From Isosphaeraceae bacterium (GTDB taxonomy: Bacteria; Planctomycetota; Planctomycetia; Isosphaerales; Isosphaeraceae), in NCBI GenBank assembly GCA_052148775.1, contig JBKQHM010000804.1:1576-65575 (forward strand): DNA of 64,000 nt, written 5' to 3'. The translations under genes were made by a program, and so were the position numbers. Shown piece by piece: positions 8,866 to 17,618 of the stretch; position 1 is the stretch's first letter, and each line of letters opens with the position of its first letter. Under the pieces are notes generated by a model. That model was given only the letters and a program-made list of their open reading frames with translations, searched no databases and was not told where the DNA came from.

Positions 8866-11800
8866 ATGGTGCCCGATTATTACGCCAGGCTGGGAGTCGA
8901 TCCGAAGGCCGATCGGGCCGAGATCGATGCTGCGCTCCAGCGCAAGCAGCCGGCCTGGTCGATGGGCACGCGCAACCCGAAGACGCGTCACGCGAACCAG
9001 CTCTATCTCGACGAGATCCCTGCGTTGCGACGGGCCCTGCTGGGCGACCCGGCCACACGCGCGGCGTACGACGCCGAGCTGGCCGTGAGCCAGCGGGCCG
9101 ATCGGGATCGGAAGCTCGACGAGCTGCAACGGCGGGTCCGCCTCCGCGCCGCCAAGGGAGGGCTCGGCCAGACCGACCGAGGGCTGCTGGTCGAGGAGGC
9201 CGTCCGGCTCGGCCTGAATGAGGACGACCTGGTCCGGATCACCCGGCCGATCCCGAACCTGGTCGAGGCGCCGAGCGCTCACGGCGACATCGAGCTCGAG
9301 GCGAATCCGCCGGCCGACGTCCTGGACCCGTCGACTCGCCGCCAGATCCGCATGGCGCTGGAGCACCTGGGCTGCCGCGAGCTCTACGATGCGCTCGGCC
9401 TGACGCGGGACGCCACGGCCTCCGACATCACCGCCCGCGCCGACGCCGAGCGCCAGCGATGGATGAAGAAAGCCCAGGTCACCGCCGAGAAGACCGCCTG
9501 GCTCGAGGTGATCACGCACGCGCAATCGCACCTGGGCTCGGCCCGGTCGCGGGCGCGCTACGACCGGACCCTGGCCCTGGAAGCCGAGGAGTCGTTCGAC
9601 GCGATGGCCGCATTCACACTCAAGGGATTGAAGCGGCTCGACCCGGGTACGCGGGCGGTCCTCGTCGAGGAGGCCGCCGCGCTGGGAATCGTCGCCGACC
9701 GCGCCGATCGCCTCATCGGCCGGCTCTGCCGACGGATGGACATCACACGCGAGGGGGGACCGGTGCCACCGATGCCTAACCCGGGTTCGCACGCAACGCA
9801 TCCGGCCGCCTCGCCACCCGTCAACGGATCGCAGCGGTTCACCATGCTGCGCTGCCGCGGTTGTGGCGGCGTGACCGAGCTGAGCCCGGTGGCGCGCAAG
9901 TCCGGCACGGCGCGGTGCCCGCACTGCGGGGCATCGTTGCGCTGGGACTGCCCGGTCTGCCGGCGAACCCCTTGGGTCGACGAGCCGCAATGCCCGTGCG
10001 GGTTCCGCATGGCGATGCGCGAGCCGGTCATCCGCCACTTCGAAGCGGCCCAGCATTGTTTCCGCACCTTCGACCTCAACGGGTCGCTCGATCATCTCGA
10101 ACGGATCCTCGAGCTGGCCCCGAGCTTCCCCGGGGCCCGGAACGGGATCGCCAAGGTCCGCCGTCGGCAGTCCGACCTGATCCGCGTCAAGGCGGCGTAC
10201 GAGACCTCACGGTCGGGCGGCAAGCTCGCCGCCGCCCGGGCGGCGATAGAGGCCTGGAGTCGATTGGCGGACCCGCATTCGCCCGAGATCCAGGCGGCCT
10301 GGTCCGAGCTGACCCCGAGCCTGCGTCGGGCCGAGGCGCTGGCGGGCAAGGCGCGGAAGCTCGAACGGACCGACCCTCCCTCGGCGCGGAACCTCTATCG
10401 ACAGGCCCTCGATATCGCCGCCGACCTGCCCGACGCAGTCGCCGGGCTCGCCCGGACCCCGCCCGACCCGCCAACCGCGATGGAGGCCCAGGTGCTCGGC
10501 GACCGGATCCGCCTCATCTGGACGCCCGCGCCCCCCGACGGCCTGGGTCCGCTCACATTCGCCGTCGTGCGGAAGCGCAACGGCATGCTCCAGCATCCCG
10601 CCGACGGCACCCGGATCGCCGAGGTCGGCACCTGCGAGTTCGACGACACTCTCGTGACGCCCGGCGAGACGGTGGGCTACGCCGTTCTGAGCCGTCGCGG
10701 CGGGATCGACTCGGTCGGAGCGATCTCGCTCGGGCCGTTCGTCTTCCTGGCCGACGTCAAGGACGTGCGCGTCGAAGTTCGCGACCGGGAGGCCGAGTTG
10801 ACCTGGTCGCCGCCGCGCGGGATCGCCGAGGTCCGCGTGATCCGCAAGCGCGGGGGCCCGCCGGCGAGCCCCAAGGATGGCGACCGGATTCCCTCGACGG
10901 TGGATCGTGCGCTCGACCGCGAAATCGATAACGATTGTCAATATGGGATTTATGCCATCTACCGGATGCCCGACGGCCGATTGTTCCCCGCGCCGGGTGT
11001 CGTCGTCACTGCGCGACCGCAGCCGACAGTCGCGGTCCCGGAGGCACCCCGGCTGCTCCAGGAGCCGACGGGGCGAGTCCGGATCGACTGGATCGAGCCG
11101 GTGCGGGGCTCGATCCGGATCGTCCGCACGCCCCATCCCCTGCCCTTGCCGGCCGGCTCCCGACTGACCGCCACCGAGGCCCGGTCTCTCGAAGGGCAAT
11201 GGATCGAGCCGGCCGCGCCCGACCGGGCTTACGACCCCGCTCCGCCCCATAATGGCCTGTCTTACTACACGCCGGTCGTCGAATGGGGCGACGCGTGGAT
11301 CGTCGGGCATGGCTCGGTGCTCAGCCGGGTCCCGGACCCGTCCGAGCTGCGCGCCACCCGCGCCGGCAGCGGGCTGGGCTCGGTCCGAGACGGCATCCGC
11401 GTCACGCTCCGATGGCGATGGAACGCGGAGGCGATGGCCGCGCTGGTCGTCGCGCGACAGGGCGCGCCGCCCCAGGGGCCGAGCGATCCGCTGGCGATCA
11501 CGGCGAACGTCCCCCGCGCGGATTATGACCGGCACGACTGCTGGACGCTCGGCCTACCGACGACCCCGCCCCGCGCCGCCGTCGTGCCGGCCCGGGGCAC
11601 CAACGGCACCGGCACCGGGGCGGCCCCGTCCGACGGCGGTCCCTGGCATATCCGGGTTTACAGCGTGGCCGAGTGGGACGGCGTCCGCACGCTCTCGCCG
11701 GGCCTGGAGCCGTCGGCGGCGACGATTCTGCCCGGGCCTCACCCGGAAGTCACCGTCTCCTATAGCCTGAAGAAGTCCTGGATCCCCGGCCTCCCCTGGT

Positions 11801-12066
11801 CCCTCACATTCCGGACCGAGCCGGCGGGATCGATCTTGCCCCCGATGGTCGTGGTGGCCAACGCGCGGGCCGTCCCGCTCGCCGTGGACGACGGCGAGAT
11901 CGTCGCCCGGTTGCCCTCCGTCCGCAACGGGACAAGCTTCTCGATCCGCACTCCATTCAAGGTGGCCGGGCACGGCGTGCGGGTCTTCCCCGACCCGGGC
12001 GTGGAACCCGATGCCCAGGTCCCGATACGCTTCCGGCATCCGGAGACCGGATCGACGCGGGTGTAA
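8866..12066 (+). CDS. J-domain-like (HPD-less) / double zinc-ribbon / TPR-like / Fn3-like multidomain protein, 1066 aa
   Basis: ATG at 8866 (the ORF-track start at 8818 is TTG). N-terminus DYYARLGVDPKADRAEIDAAL...ATRAAYDAEL, and a second J-like unit ELYDALGLTRDATASDI...RARYDRTL; no HPD tripeptide occurs anywhere. CxxC...CxxC and CxxC...CxC ribbons (LRCRGCGG...RCPHCG...DCPVCR...CPCG, about 9846-10010). Helical region, then several ~90-aa beta-rich repeats (RIRLIWTPAPP..., EAELTWSPPRG..., RVRIDWIEPVRG...). Confidence 0.8.
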   Translation: MVPDYYARLGVDPKADRAEIDAALQRKQPAWSMGTRNPKTRHANQLYLDEIPALRRALLGDPATRAAYDAELAVSQRADRDRKLDELQRRVRLRAAKGGLGQTDRGLLVEEAVRLGLNEDDLVRITRPIPNLVEAPSAHGDIELEANPPADVLDPSTRRQIRMALEHLGCRELYDALGLTRDATASDITARADAERQRWMKKAQVTAEKTAWLEVITHAQSHLGSARSRARYDRTLALEAEESFDAMAAFTLKGLKRLDPGTRAVLVEEAAALGIVADRADRLIGRLCRRMDITREGGPVPPMPNPGSHATHPAASPPVNGSQRFTMLRCRGCGGVTELSPVARKSGTARCPHCGASLRWDCPVCRRTPWVDEPQCPCGFRMAMREPVIRHFEAAQHCFRTFDLNGSLDHLERILELAPSFPGARNGIAKVRRRQSDLIRVKAAYETSRSGGKLAAARAAIEAWSRLADPHSPEIQAAWSELTPSLRRAEALAGKARKLERTDPPSARNLYRQALDIAADLPDAVAGLARTPPDPPTAMEAQVLGDRIRLIWTPAPPDGLGPLTFAVVRKRNGMLQHPADGTRIAEVGTCEFDDTLVTPGETVGYAVLSRRGGIDSVGAISLGPFVFLADVKDVRVEVRDREAELTWSPPRGIAEVRVIRKRGGPPASPKDGDRIPSTVDRALDREIDNDCQYGIYAIYRMPDGRLFPAPGVVVTARPQPTVAVPEAPRLLQEPTGRVRIDWIEPVRGSIRIVRTPHPLPLPAGSRLTATEARSLEGQWIEPAAPDRAYDPAPPHNGLSYYTPVVEWGDAWIVGHGSVLSRVPDPSELRATRAGSGLGSVRDGIRVTLRWRWNAEAMAALVVARQGAPPQGPSDPLAITANVPRADYDRHDCWTLGLPTTPPRAAVVPARGTNGTGTGAAPSDGGPWHIRVYSVAEWDGVRTLSPGLEPSAATILPGPHPEVTVSYSLKKSWIPGLPWSLTFRTEPAGSILPPMVVVANARAVPLAVDDGEIVARLPSVRNGTSFSIRTPFKVAGHGVRVFPDPGVEPDAQVPIRFRHPETGSTRV

Positions 12067-12229
12067 ATCCGCGCCAGCGGATCCGACCTGGCGCATTTCG
12101 CCTGACGGGTTACTCGTGGTCCGCGTCCGAATCTGCGAAACTCGAACGCGGCCGGAACATCCCAGGCCGAGGCACAGGGCCTCGCCGGACCGACCTTCGA
12201 GACACCCAATCCCGGGCGGATTCACGGAC

Positions 12230-13345
12230 ATGGCACCAGCGAAGAACATCTATTCACGGCTCGGGGTCAAGACCCTGATCAATGCGCAGGGGACGGTCAC
12301 CGTGGTGGGCGGCTCGGTGATGCCCCCTGAGGTGGTGCGAGCGATGGCCGAGGCGGCCGGTTGGTTCGTCTCGATCCCCGAGCTGCAAGAGAAAGTTGGG
12401 GCACGGATCGCCGGGCTCCTCGGCGTGCCGGCCGCGATGGTCACCGCCGGCGCGGCGTCGGCGATCGCGGTGGCCACGGCCGCCTGCATGACCTGGGACA
12501 ACCTCCCGGCGATCGATCGACTGCCCGAGACCACCGGGCTCAAGAATGAGGTCATCCTTCAGAAGGGCCACAAGAGCCGATATGAGCCCCAGATGTCGCT
12601 GACCGGCGCGAAGCTCGTATGGGTCGAGACCCGCGAGGAGCTGGACCGGGCGATCAATCCGCGCACGGCCATGATGTTCTTCCTCAACCGCTTCGGGCCG
12701 CTGGGCGCCATCAAGCGGGAGGAGTGGCTCAAGGTCGGCAAGGAGCGCGGGGTGTTGACGTTCCTCGACGCCGCCGCGGACGTCCCGCCGATCTCGCGGT
12801 TCTCCGAGTACATTCGCGAGGGCTTCGACCTGGTGACCTTCTCCGGCGGCAAGGCGATCGGCGGCCCGCAGGCCTCAGGCCTTCTCCTCGGCCGGCCGGA
12901 CCTGATCGCGGCCGGCCGGCGTGCCATCAGCCCGAGCATGGGGATCGGACGCGCCATGAAGGTTGGCAAGGAGGAGATCGTCGGGTTGCTGGCGGCCGTC
13001 GAGCGCTACCTCAAGCTCGATCACGACGCGGAATGGCGCACCTGGGAGGCCCGATCGACCGAGATCATCGCCTCGCTCACCAAGGTCCCGGGCATGAGCG
13101 CGCGGCAAGAGGTCGCCGAGATCGCCAATCATGTGCCTCAGGTCGTGGTCGCGTGGAGCCAGTGGCACTCCCCGCTCAAGGCCGAGGAGGTCGTGCGCAA
13201 GCTCTGGGACGGCGACCCTCGGATCGCCGTCCTGGCCGAAGGCGAGCGCGGACTGAGGATCATGGTCTGGACGCTGCAAGGCGACGAACACCGCATCGTT
13301 GCCAGGCGCATCTGCGAGGTCTTCCAGGAGGTGGGAGGACATTGA
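12230..13345 (+). CDS. SelA-like PLP-dependent enzyme (aminotransferase class-V fold), 371 aa
   Basis: Start MAPAKNIYSRLGV verified as ATG at 12230. The upstream part of the track ORF is Arg/Pro-rich leader. Motif FSGGKAIGGPQASGLL resembles the SelA PLP-lysine motif SGDKLLGGPQAG. It lacks the long N-terminal domain of true SelA. Confidence 0.65.
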   Translation: MAPAKNIYSRLGVKTLINAQGTVTVVGGSVMPPEVVRAMAEAAGWFVSIPELQEKVGARIAGLLGVPAAMVTAGAASAIAVATAACMTWDNLPAIDRLPETTGLKNEVILQKGHKSRYEPQMSLTGAKLVWVETREELDRAINPRTAMMFFLNRFGPLGAIKREEWLKVGKERGVLTFLDAAADVPPISRFSEYIREGFDLVTFSGGKAIGGPQASGLLLGRPDLIAAGRRAISPSMGIGRAMKVGKEEIVGLLAAVERYLKLDHDAEWRTWEARSTEIIASLTKVPGMSARQEVAEIANHVPQVVVAWSQWHSPLKAEEVVRKLWDGDPRIAVLAEGERGLRIMVWTLQGDEHRIVARRICEVFQEVGGH

Positions 13346-13375
13346 AAGGCGTCGAGTGAGATCGCCGACGAAACC

Positions 13376-13410
13376 AAGGGGCCGATGCCGGCCGGACATC
13401 GCCCCTTTTC
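13376..13410. terminator. bidirectional hairpin terminator between convergent genes
   Basis: AAGGGGC(C)GATG-ccggccgga-CATCGCCCCTT: 11-bp stem with one bulge, followed by TTTTC. It sits between the SelA-like stop (13345) and the YceI stop (13432). Confidence 0.55.
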
Positions 13411-13431
13411 GTTACGAGACATTCGCCGTGT

Positions 13432-14004
13432 TCACTTCTTCTTGACGCCCTGGAAGCTGACCGTGACCCAGACGTCATCGCCGAGCATCGGCGAGGGCTT
13501 GCCGACGCCGAACTCCGAGCGCTTGATCGGGAACTCGGCGGTGTATCCGGTCTTCTGGGTGCCCTTCATCATGACCGTCTTGCCCCCCTTGAGGGCGAAC
13601 GTGACGGGATTGGTCTTGCCGTGCAACGTGAAGTCGCCGGTCACCTCGAAGCCCCCCTCGACCGGCTTGACCGACGTGCTGGTGAAGCTCATGCTCGGGA
13701 ACTGCTTGGTGTTGAAGAAGTCGGGGCTGCGGAGGTGGCCGTCGCGTGCAGCGTTATTCGTGTCCACGCTCTCCGGCTTGATTTTCATCAGGAACGACGA
13801 CTTGGACGGGTCGCTGGAATCGATCGTGAATTCGCCGGAGATATCATTGAACCGGCCGAAGATCCAGCTCAGCTCGGAGTGGGAGATCTTGAAGACGACG
13901 CCCGAGTGCGCCGCGTCGATGGTGTAATCGTCGCCGGAAGCGGCCAGCCCGAGCCCCAGCAACGCCGACGTCGCCACCGCCATGGCGTACAGGTTCTTTC
14001 GCAT
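13432..14004 (-). CDS. YceI family periplasmic (polyisoprenoid-binding-like) protein, 190 aa
   Basis: Start MRKNLYAMAVATSALLGLGLAASG (signal peptide), verified as ATG at 14004. YTIDAAHSGVVFKISH...FGRFNDISGEFTID...VDTNNAARDGHLRSPDFF...GDFTLHGKT is the typical YceI pattern. Confidence 0.85.
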   Translation of the reverse strand: MRKNLYAMAVATSALLGLGLAASGDDYTIDAAHSGVVFKISHSELSWIFGRFNDISGEFTIDSSDPSKSSFLMKIKPESVDTNNAARDGHLRSPDFFNTKQFPSMSFTSTSVKPVEGGFEVTGDFTLHGKTNPVTFALKGGKTVMMKGTQKTGYTAEFPIKRSEFGVGKPSPMLGDDVWVTVSFQGVKKK

Positions 14005-14515
14005 CGATCGACTCCTTTTGAAGCAATGGGACGGAAACCTCGCCCGGGACACGAGACGCGCGTCCCCGCCCGCTCTGTCCCGGGGTCCTTGATGTTGGTT
14101 TAGTTCTAAACAATCTTCTCGCGATGTCAAGGGGGTGGCGACGGGTGCTGGAGGTCTGTGGGGGCGCATGCGTCTCGTTCGTGTTGCGTTGGGTGGGGAG
14201 AGGTGTAATCTCGAGACGCAGTCTCCTCATGTGAGTTGAGCGATGGCACGGCGAGGGGCGTCGGGTCTACGAACCTCGCGGGAGTGCCTCACAAAAGTAG
14301 GTTTTTCGAGAAGTCGTGGCGTAACCTTTCTTCCCAGCATGAGTTCCAGCGATCGGGTCCGGAAAGAAGGTCATGGCGTAACGCCTGTTGTTCCCAGGAC
14401 TTCGGGCGGCCAACCGGAAAAAACCTACTCTTGTGGGGGCCCGCCCCGATGCCGGGCCGGCACGCGGGGTGCCCGAATCGGCAATCCGAATCAAGAACAG
14501 GGGACAGAAATCGCG

Positions 14516-14833
14516 ATGAGCGTGACGATCCGCGAGCGAGAGTCCGGCGCCGCCCTGGCCGAGGCCGAGGTGGGGCCGAGCCTGGCCAAGTACGAAGGCA
14601 AGTGGTACTTCGATCCCGCCTCGGTCAAGGCCGATGTCCTGCGGGTCACCGAGCGAACCTACACCTGCCCCATCAAAGGGACCTGCAACTGGGTGGATTA
14701 CGTCGCGCCCGACGGGCGTACCGTGCGCGACGTGGCGTGGGTCTATCCCAAGGTCAGGCCCGGCCACGAGCTGATCCAGGGCCGATACGGGTTCTACGCC
14801 GGGAAGCGGGGCGGGACCGTCGAAGGGAATTGA
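14516..14833 (+). CDS. DUF427-like small protein, 105 aa
   Basis: ATG at 14516 (MSVTIRERESG...). KYEGKWYFDPASV...TYTCPIKGTCNWVDY resembles the DUF427 signature (..WYFP...T.CPYKG.A.Y). The upstream part of the track ORF is low-GC3. Confidence 0.6.
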   Translation: MSVTIRERESGAALAEAEVGPSLAKYEGKWYFDPASVKADVLRVTERTYTCPIKGTCNWVDYVAPDGRTVRDVAWVYPKVRPGHELIQGRYGFYAGKRGGTVEGN

Positions 14834-14858
14834 GGGTCCAACCCTTCGCGTCCATTCG

Positions 14859-15701
14859 CTACCACCCATGCTGAACGAGCACGGATGAATTGCGAAGGTA
14901 ATCCACGCATGCGGTGTAAGCATCCTGGGCGCATTCGAAGAGGTCGGCTCGGAGCGGGATCTGTTCCTGCTCCGGAACATCCCTGACGATGCGACCGGTC
15001 CGGATCGTCGTCGAGGTATCGCCGGAGCCGGGTTCGCCGGTCCTCTCGAAGATCGTGTATTCCTCGCTGAGCGGGCCGTCCAGGCCCAACTCACGTTCCA
15101 GGAATCGGAACGTCCCGTCGGTATCGTCCAGCAGGCAATCGGAGGCCAGCAGGATGCCCCGGCCTCCCAATGCTTCGAGGCGCTGGCAGTACGATTGCAA
15201 GGTCTGGAGGCGACGCGTGTAATAGGTCGCGGAAAAACTGGCCGTCGCCCGGCGATCGGTCCCCTCGTCCCACTTGTGGATCCCCAGCTCATGCTCCCGG
15301 ACCCTCATCCGGGTCAGGCTCGCGATCGTGGGCTCGGGTTCCCGGATCATGAAGATTGGGATGACCCGAGGGAGGCCCAGCACCTTGTCCGACAATGCGA
15401 GCTGATCGTAAAGCATCTTGTCCAGGACGTATTCGCAATCCGTCCGATAATTGCCGGCCTCGCACGCCTTGGCGTTCAACCGGTAGAGATCGACGGCCGT
15501 CTCATAAGGTAACAGGGTCTCGCCGTATCCGGCGATCTGCCGGTGACTTCCGAGGATATGGCAGAGCAGCGTCGTATAACTCCGGGCGTGACTCAGGATG
15601 AGGAGATATCGATGCAACCGGAACAAGGACGGGTCCATCAGGAGGATTTCCTTGCCCCGCCCCTTCCGCATGAGCACCTTTCCCATCGCTGGCTCCTCCA
15701 T
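14859..15701 (-). CDS. sulfotransferase family protein, up to 280 aa
   Basis: ILSHARSYTTLL matches the 5'-PSB loop (S..RS.TTLL). IREPEPTIAS matches the 3'-PB region. GC3-rich frame. Start uncertain (ATG at 15701, or internal Met codons at MGKV / MDPS). Confidence 0.65.
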   Translation of the reverse strand: MEEPAMGKVLMRKGRGKEILLMDPSLFRLHRYLLILSHARSYTTLLCHILGSHRQIAGYGETLLPYETAVDLYRLNAKACEAGNYRTDCEYVLDKMLYDQLALSDKVLGLPRVIPIFMIREPEPTIASLTRMRVREHELGIHKWDEGTDRRATASFSATYYTRRLQTLQSYCQRLEALGGRGILLASDCLLDDTDGTFRFLERELGLDGPLSEEYTIFERTGEPGSGDTSTTIRTGRIVRDVPEQEQIPLRADLFECAQDAYTACVDYLRNSSVLVQHGW

Positions 15702-16272
15702 GGGCGGCCGTCGTGCCTACGGCCGCGGACTCGGAACCCCTTCTAATTCTTGCTGGCCACCACGTCCGGGACACGACCGGCACTCCGGCAACTCGGCACG
15801 ACGGACGAGAATCTACCATGAAACCATTTGGAGGGAAGCCGATTTCTTGATGATTCAGAACCGGCTATGATGGCCGCCGTCAACATCTGGAACAGTCCCA
15901 ATGAACCTCGCTGCAAGTATTTGCAGCAAACGCTCGCAAGCGTGTCGGATCTGGTGAGGAACTGTCGACATCAGGCGAAGGATGCGGTCGATCCCCGCTC
16001 CTGAGACGACCTCGCTCCGCGAGGACCGGCATGTGTAAATAAGTGTAACGATTCGAGTGATCGAGGTTCGCTCGGAGATCAACGAGCCGACGGCTCACGC
16101 GTCGATGCGTGGGTGCCCGCGGTTCACTCCTCATCGAAGCCCGGTCCCGGGATCGAGATCGAGCCGGACGCGGACCCAGACCGACGGGCCAAAGGACGAC
16201 TTTTTCCGGGAGCCTACTGGCTATCGCCGAAGACTGGGGTATCTTCAATTGGCTATCCAGGGAGATCAACCA

Positions 16273-17427
16273 ATGCAAAAGTACACCAAGTGGGTCGTTC
16301 TCACTGCCGCCTTGCTTGGGATGCCGCGCTTGCCGGCAGGGGCCGCCGAGGCGCGAGCCGACCAAGATCCCAAGAACCGAAGGAGTGTGGAGAGGATGGA
16401 CTTCGGGAAAACGCCGGACGGGACCGCCGTCGATCTGTATGTGTTGAACAACGGCCGGATTACGGCCAAGGTGATGACGTACGGGGGGATCATCACGGAG
16501 CTCCTGGTACCGGATCGGCACGGGAAGACGGCCGACGTGGTCCTCGGCTTCGATAATCTGGATGCCTACCTGGCCAAGAACCCGCACTTCGGAGCCATCA
16601 CCGGGCGGGTCGCCAACCGGATCGCCAAGGGCCGTTTCACCCTCGACGGCCAAGAATACACGCTGGCCCTGAACAACGGCCCCAATAGCCTGCACGGCGG
16701 GCTCAAGGGCTTCGACAAGGTCGTCTGGAAGGCTGAGGATGTCTCGGGTGCCGATGGCCCGGCCGTCAAGCTGACTTATCTCAGCAAGGATGGCGAGGAA
16801 GGATTCCCGGGAAACCTCTCCGTCGCGGTGACGTACACCCTCACGGCCGACGACGCGATCAAGATCGACTACTCGGCCACGACCGACAAGGCCACGCCGG
16901 TCAACCTGACGAACCATAGCTACTTCAACCTGGCCGGGGCCGACTCCGGCACGATCCTGGATCACGAGCTGACGCTGGCGGCCGACGAGTACACGCCCTC
17001 GGACGCGACGTTGATCCCGACCGGCGAGATCCGGTCCGTCAAGGGGACGCCGCTGGACTTCACGAGCCCGACCGCCATCGGCTCACGCTTCAATCAGATC
17101 AAGGCGGACCCGGTCGGGTACGACGACAACTATGTCATCCGCCCCGACAAGAAGTCGCCGGCCTTCGCCGCCCGGGTCGTCGATCCCAAGAGCGGCCGGA
17201 TGATGGAAATGTACACGACCGAGCCGGGTGTCCAGTTCTACACCAGCAACTTCCTGGACGGGACGCTCAAGGGCAAAGGGGGCGCCGTGTATCGCAAGCA
17301 TCAGGGGTTCTGCCTCGAAGCCCAGCATTTCCCCGACGCGGTCAATCAGCCGACCTTCGCATCGGTCATCCTGAGGCCCGGATCGACCTACTCCCAAACG
17401 ACGATCTACAAGTTCTCCTCGCCTTGA
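16273..17427 (+). CDS. galM: aldose 1-epimerase (galactose mutarotase) with signal peptide, 384 aa
   Basis: ATG at 16273 (MQKYTKWVVLTAALLGMPRLPAGAAEA). ...VVLGFDNLDAYL...FGAITGRVANRIAKGRFTLDGQEYTLALNNGPNSLHGG...FCLEAQHFPDA are classic mutarotase motifs. Confidence 0.9.
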   Translation: MQKYTKWVVLTAALLGMPRLPAGAAEARADQDPKNRRSVERMDFGKTPDGTAVDLYVLNNGRITAKVMTYGGIITELLVPDRHGKTADVVLGFDNLDAYLAKNPHFGAITGRVANRIAKGRFTLDGQEYTLALNNGPNSLHGGLKGFDKVVWKAEDVSGADGPAVKLTYLSKDGEEGFPGNLSVAVTYTLTADDAIKIDYSATTDKATPVNLTNHSYFNLAGADSGTILDHELTLAADEYTPSDATLIPTGEIRSVKGTPLDFTSPTAIGSRFNQIKADPVGYDDNYVIRPDKKSPAFAARVVDPKSGRMMEMYTTEPGVQFYTSNFLDGTLKGKGGAVYRKHQGFCLEAQHFPDAVNQPTFASVILRPGSTYSQTTIYKFSSP

Positions 17428-17582
17428 GCGGGCGCGAGGCCGAGGGGCGAATCCCTTGCCGGCGGCCCGTCCCGGCACCGGGACGGTAGAGAACGCGGAG
17501 GCATCCGATTACAATCGGTAAAACCTGCGTACTGCCGTCGCGTGAGACCGCGTCGACGCCGGGGGCGTGTCTCTAACGACTC

Positions 17583-17618
17583 ATGACCAATGACCAATAA
17601 CTGATGACCAATGACCAC
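17583..17618 (+). repeat. direct repeat ATGACCAATGACCA(A/C) x2 (four ATGACCA heptamers) overlapping the dehydrogenase start region
   Basis: ATGACCAATGACCAA (17583-17597), TAACTG, ATGACCAATGACCAC (17604-17618). TGA/TAA codons close all three plus-strand frames within 17584-17614. Confidence 0.8.

Noticed and set aside
8833-11535. Minus-strand ORFs of 420 aa and 442 aa, plus several plus-strand alternative-frame ORFs, over the J-like gene
   Set aside because: Arg/Pro/Gly-dominated translations typical of off-frame reading in ~70% GC DNA. The chosen frame has J-like, zinc-ribbon and repeat motifs and GC3 bias.
12011-12229. Upstream extensions of several track ORFs (for example 12011, 13432..14169, 16057, 26502..27542, 31492, 39112, 40247, 44018..45475, 46870, 47811..48965, 55171)
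   Set aside because: The extensions are Arg/Pro-rich with weak GC3. Some begin at TTG or GTG. They also precede obvious native N-termini such as signal peptides or family-typical first residues, so the internal ATG starts verified in the sequence were preferred.
15880-16965. 361-aa minus-strand ORF overlapping galM
   Set aside because: It lies opposite a gene with unmistakable mutarotase motifs, and its composition is typical of antisense frames.
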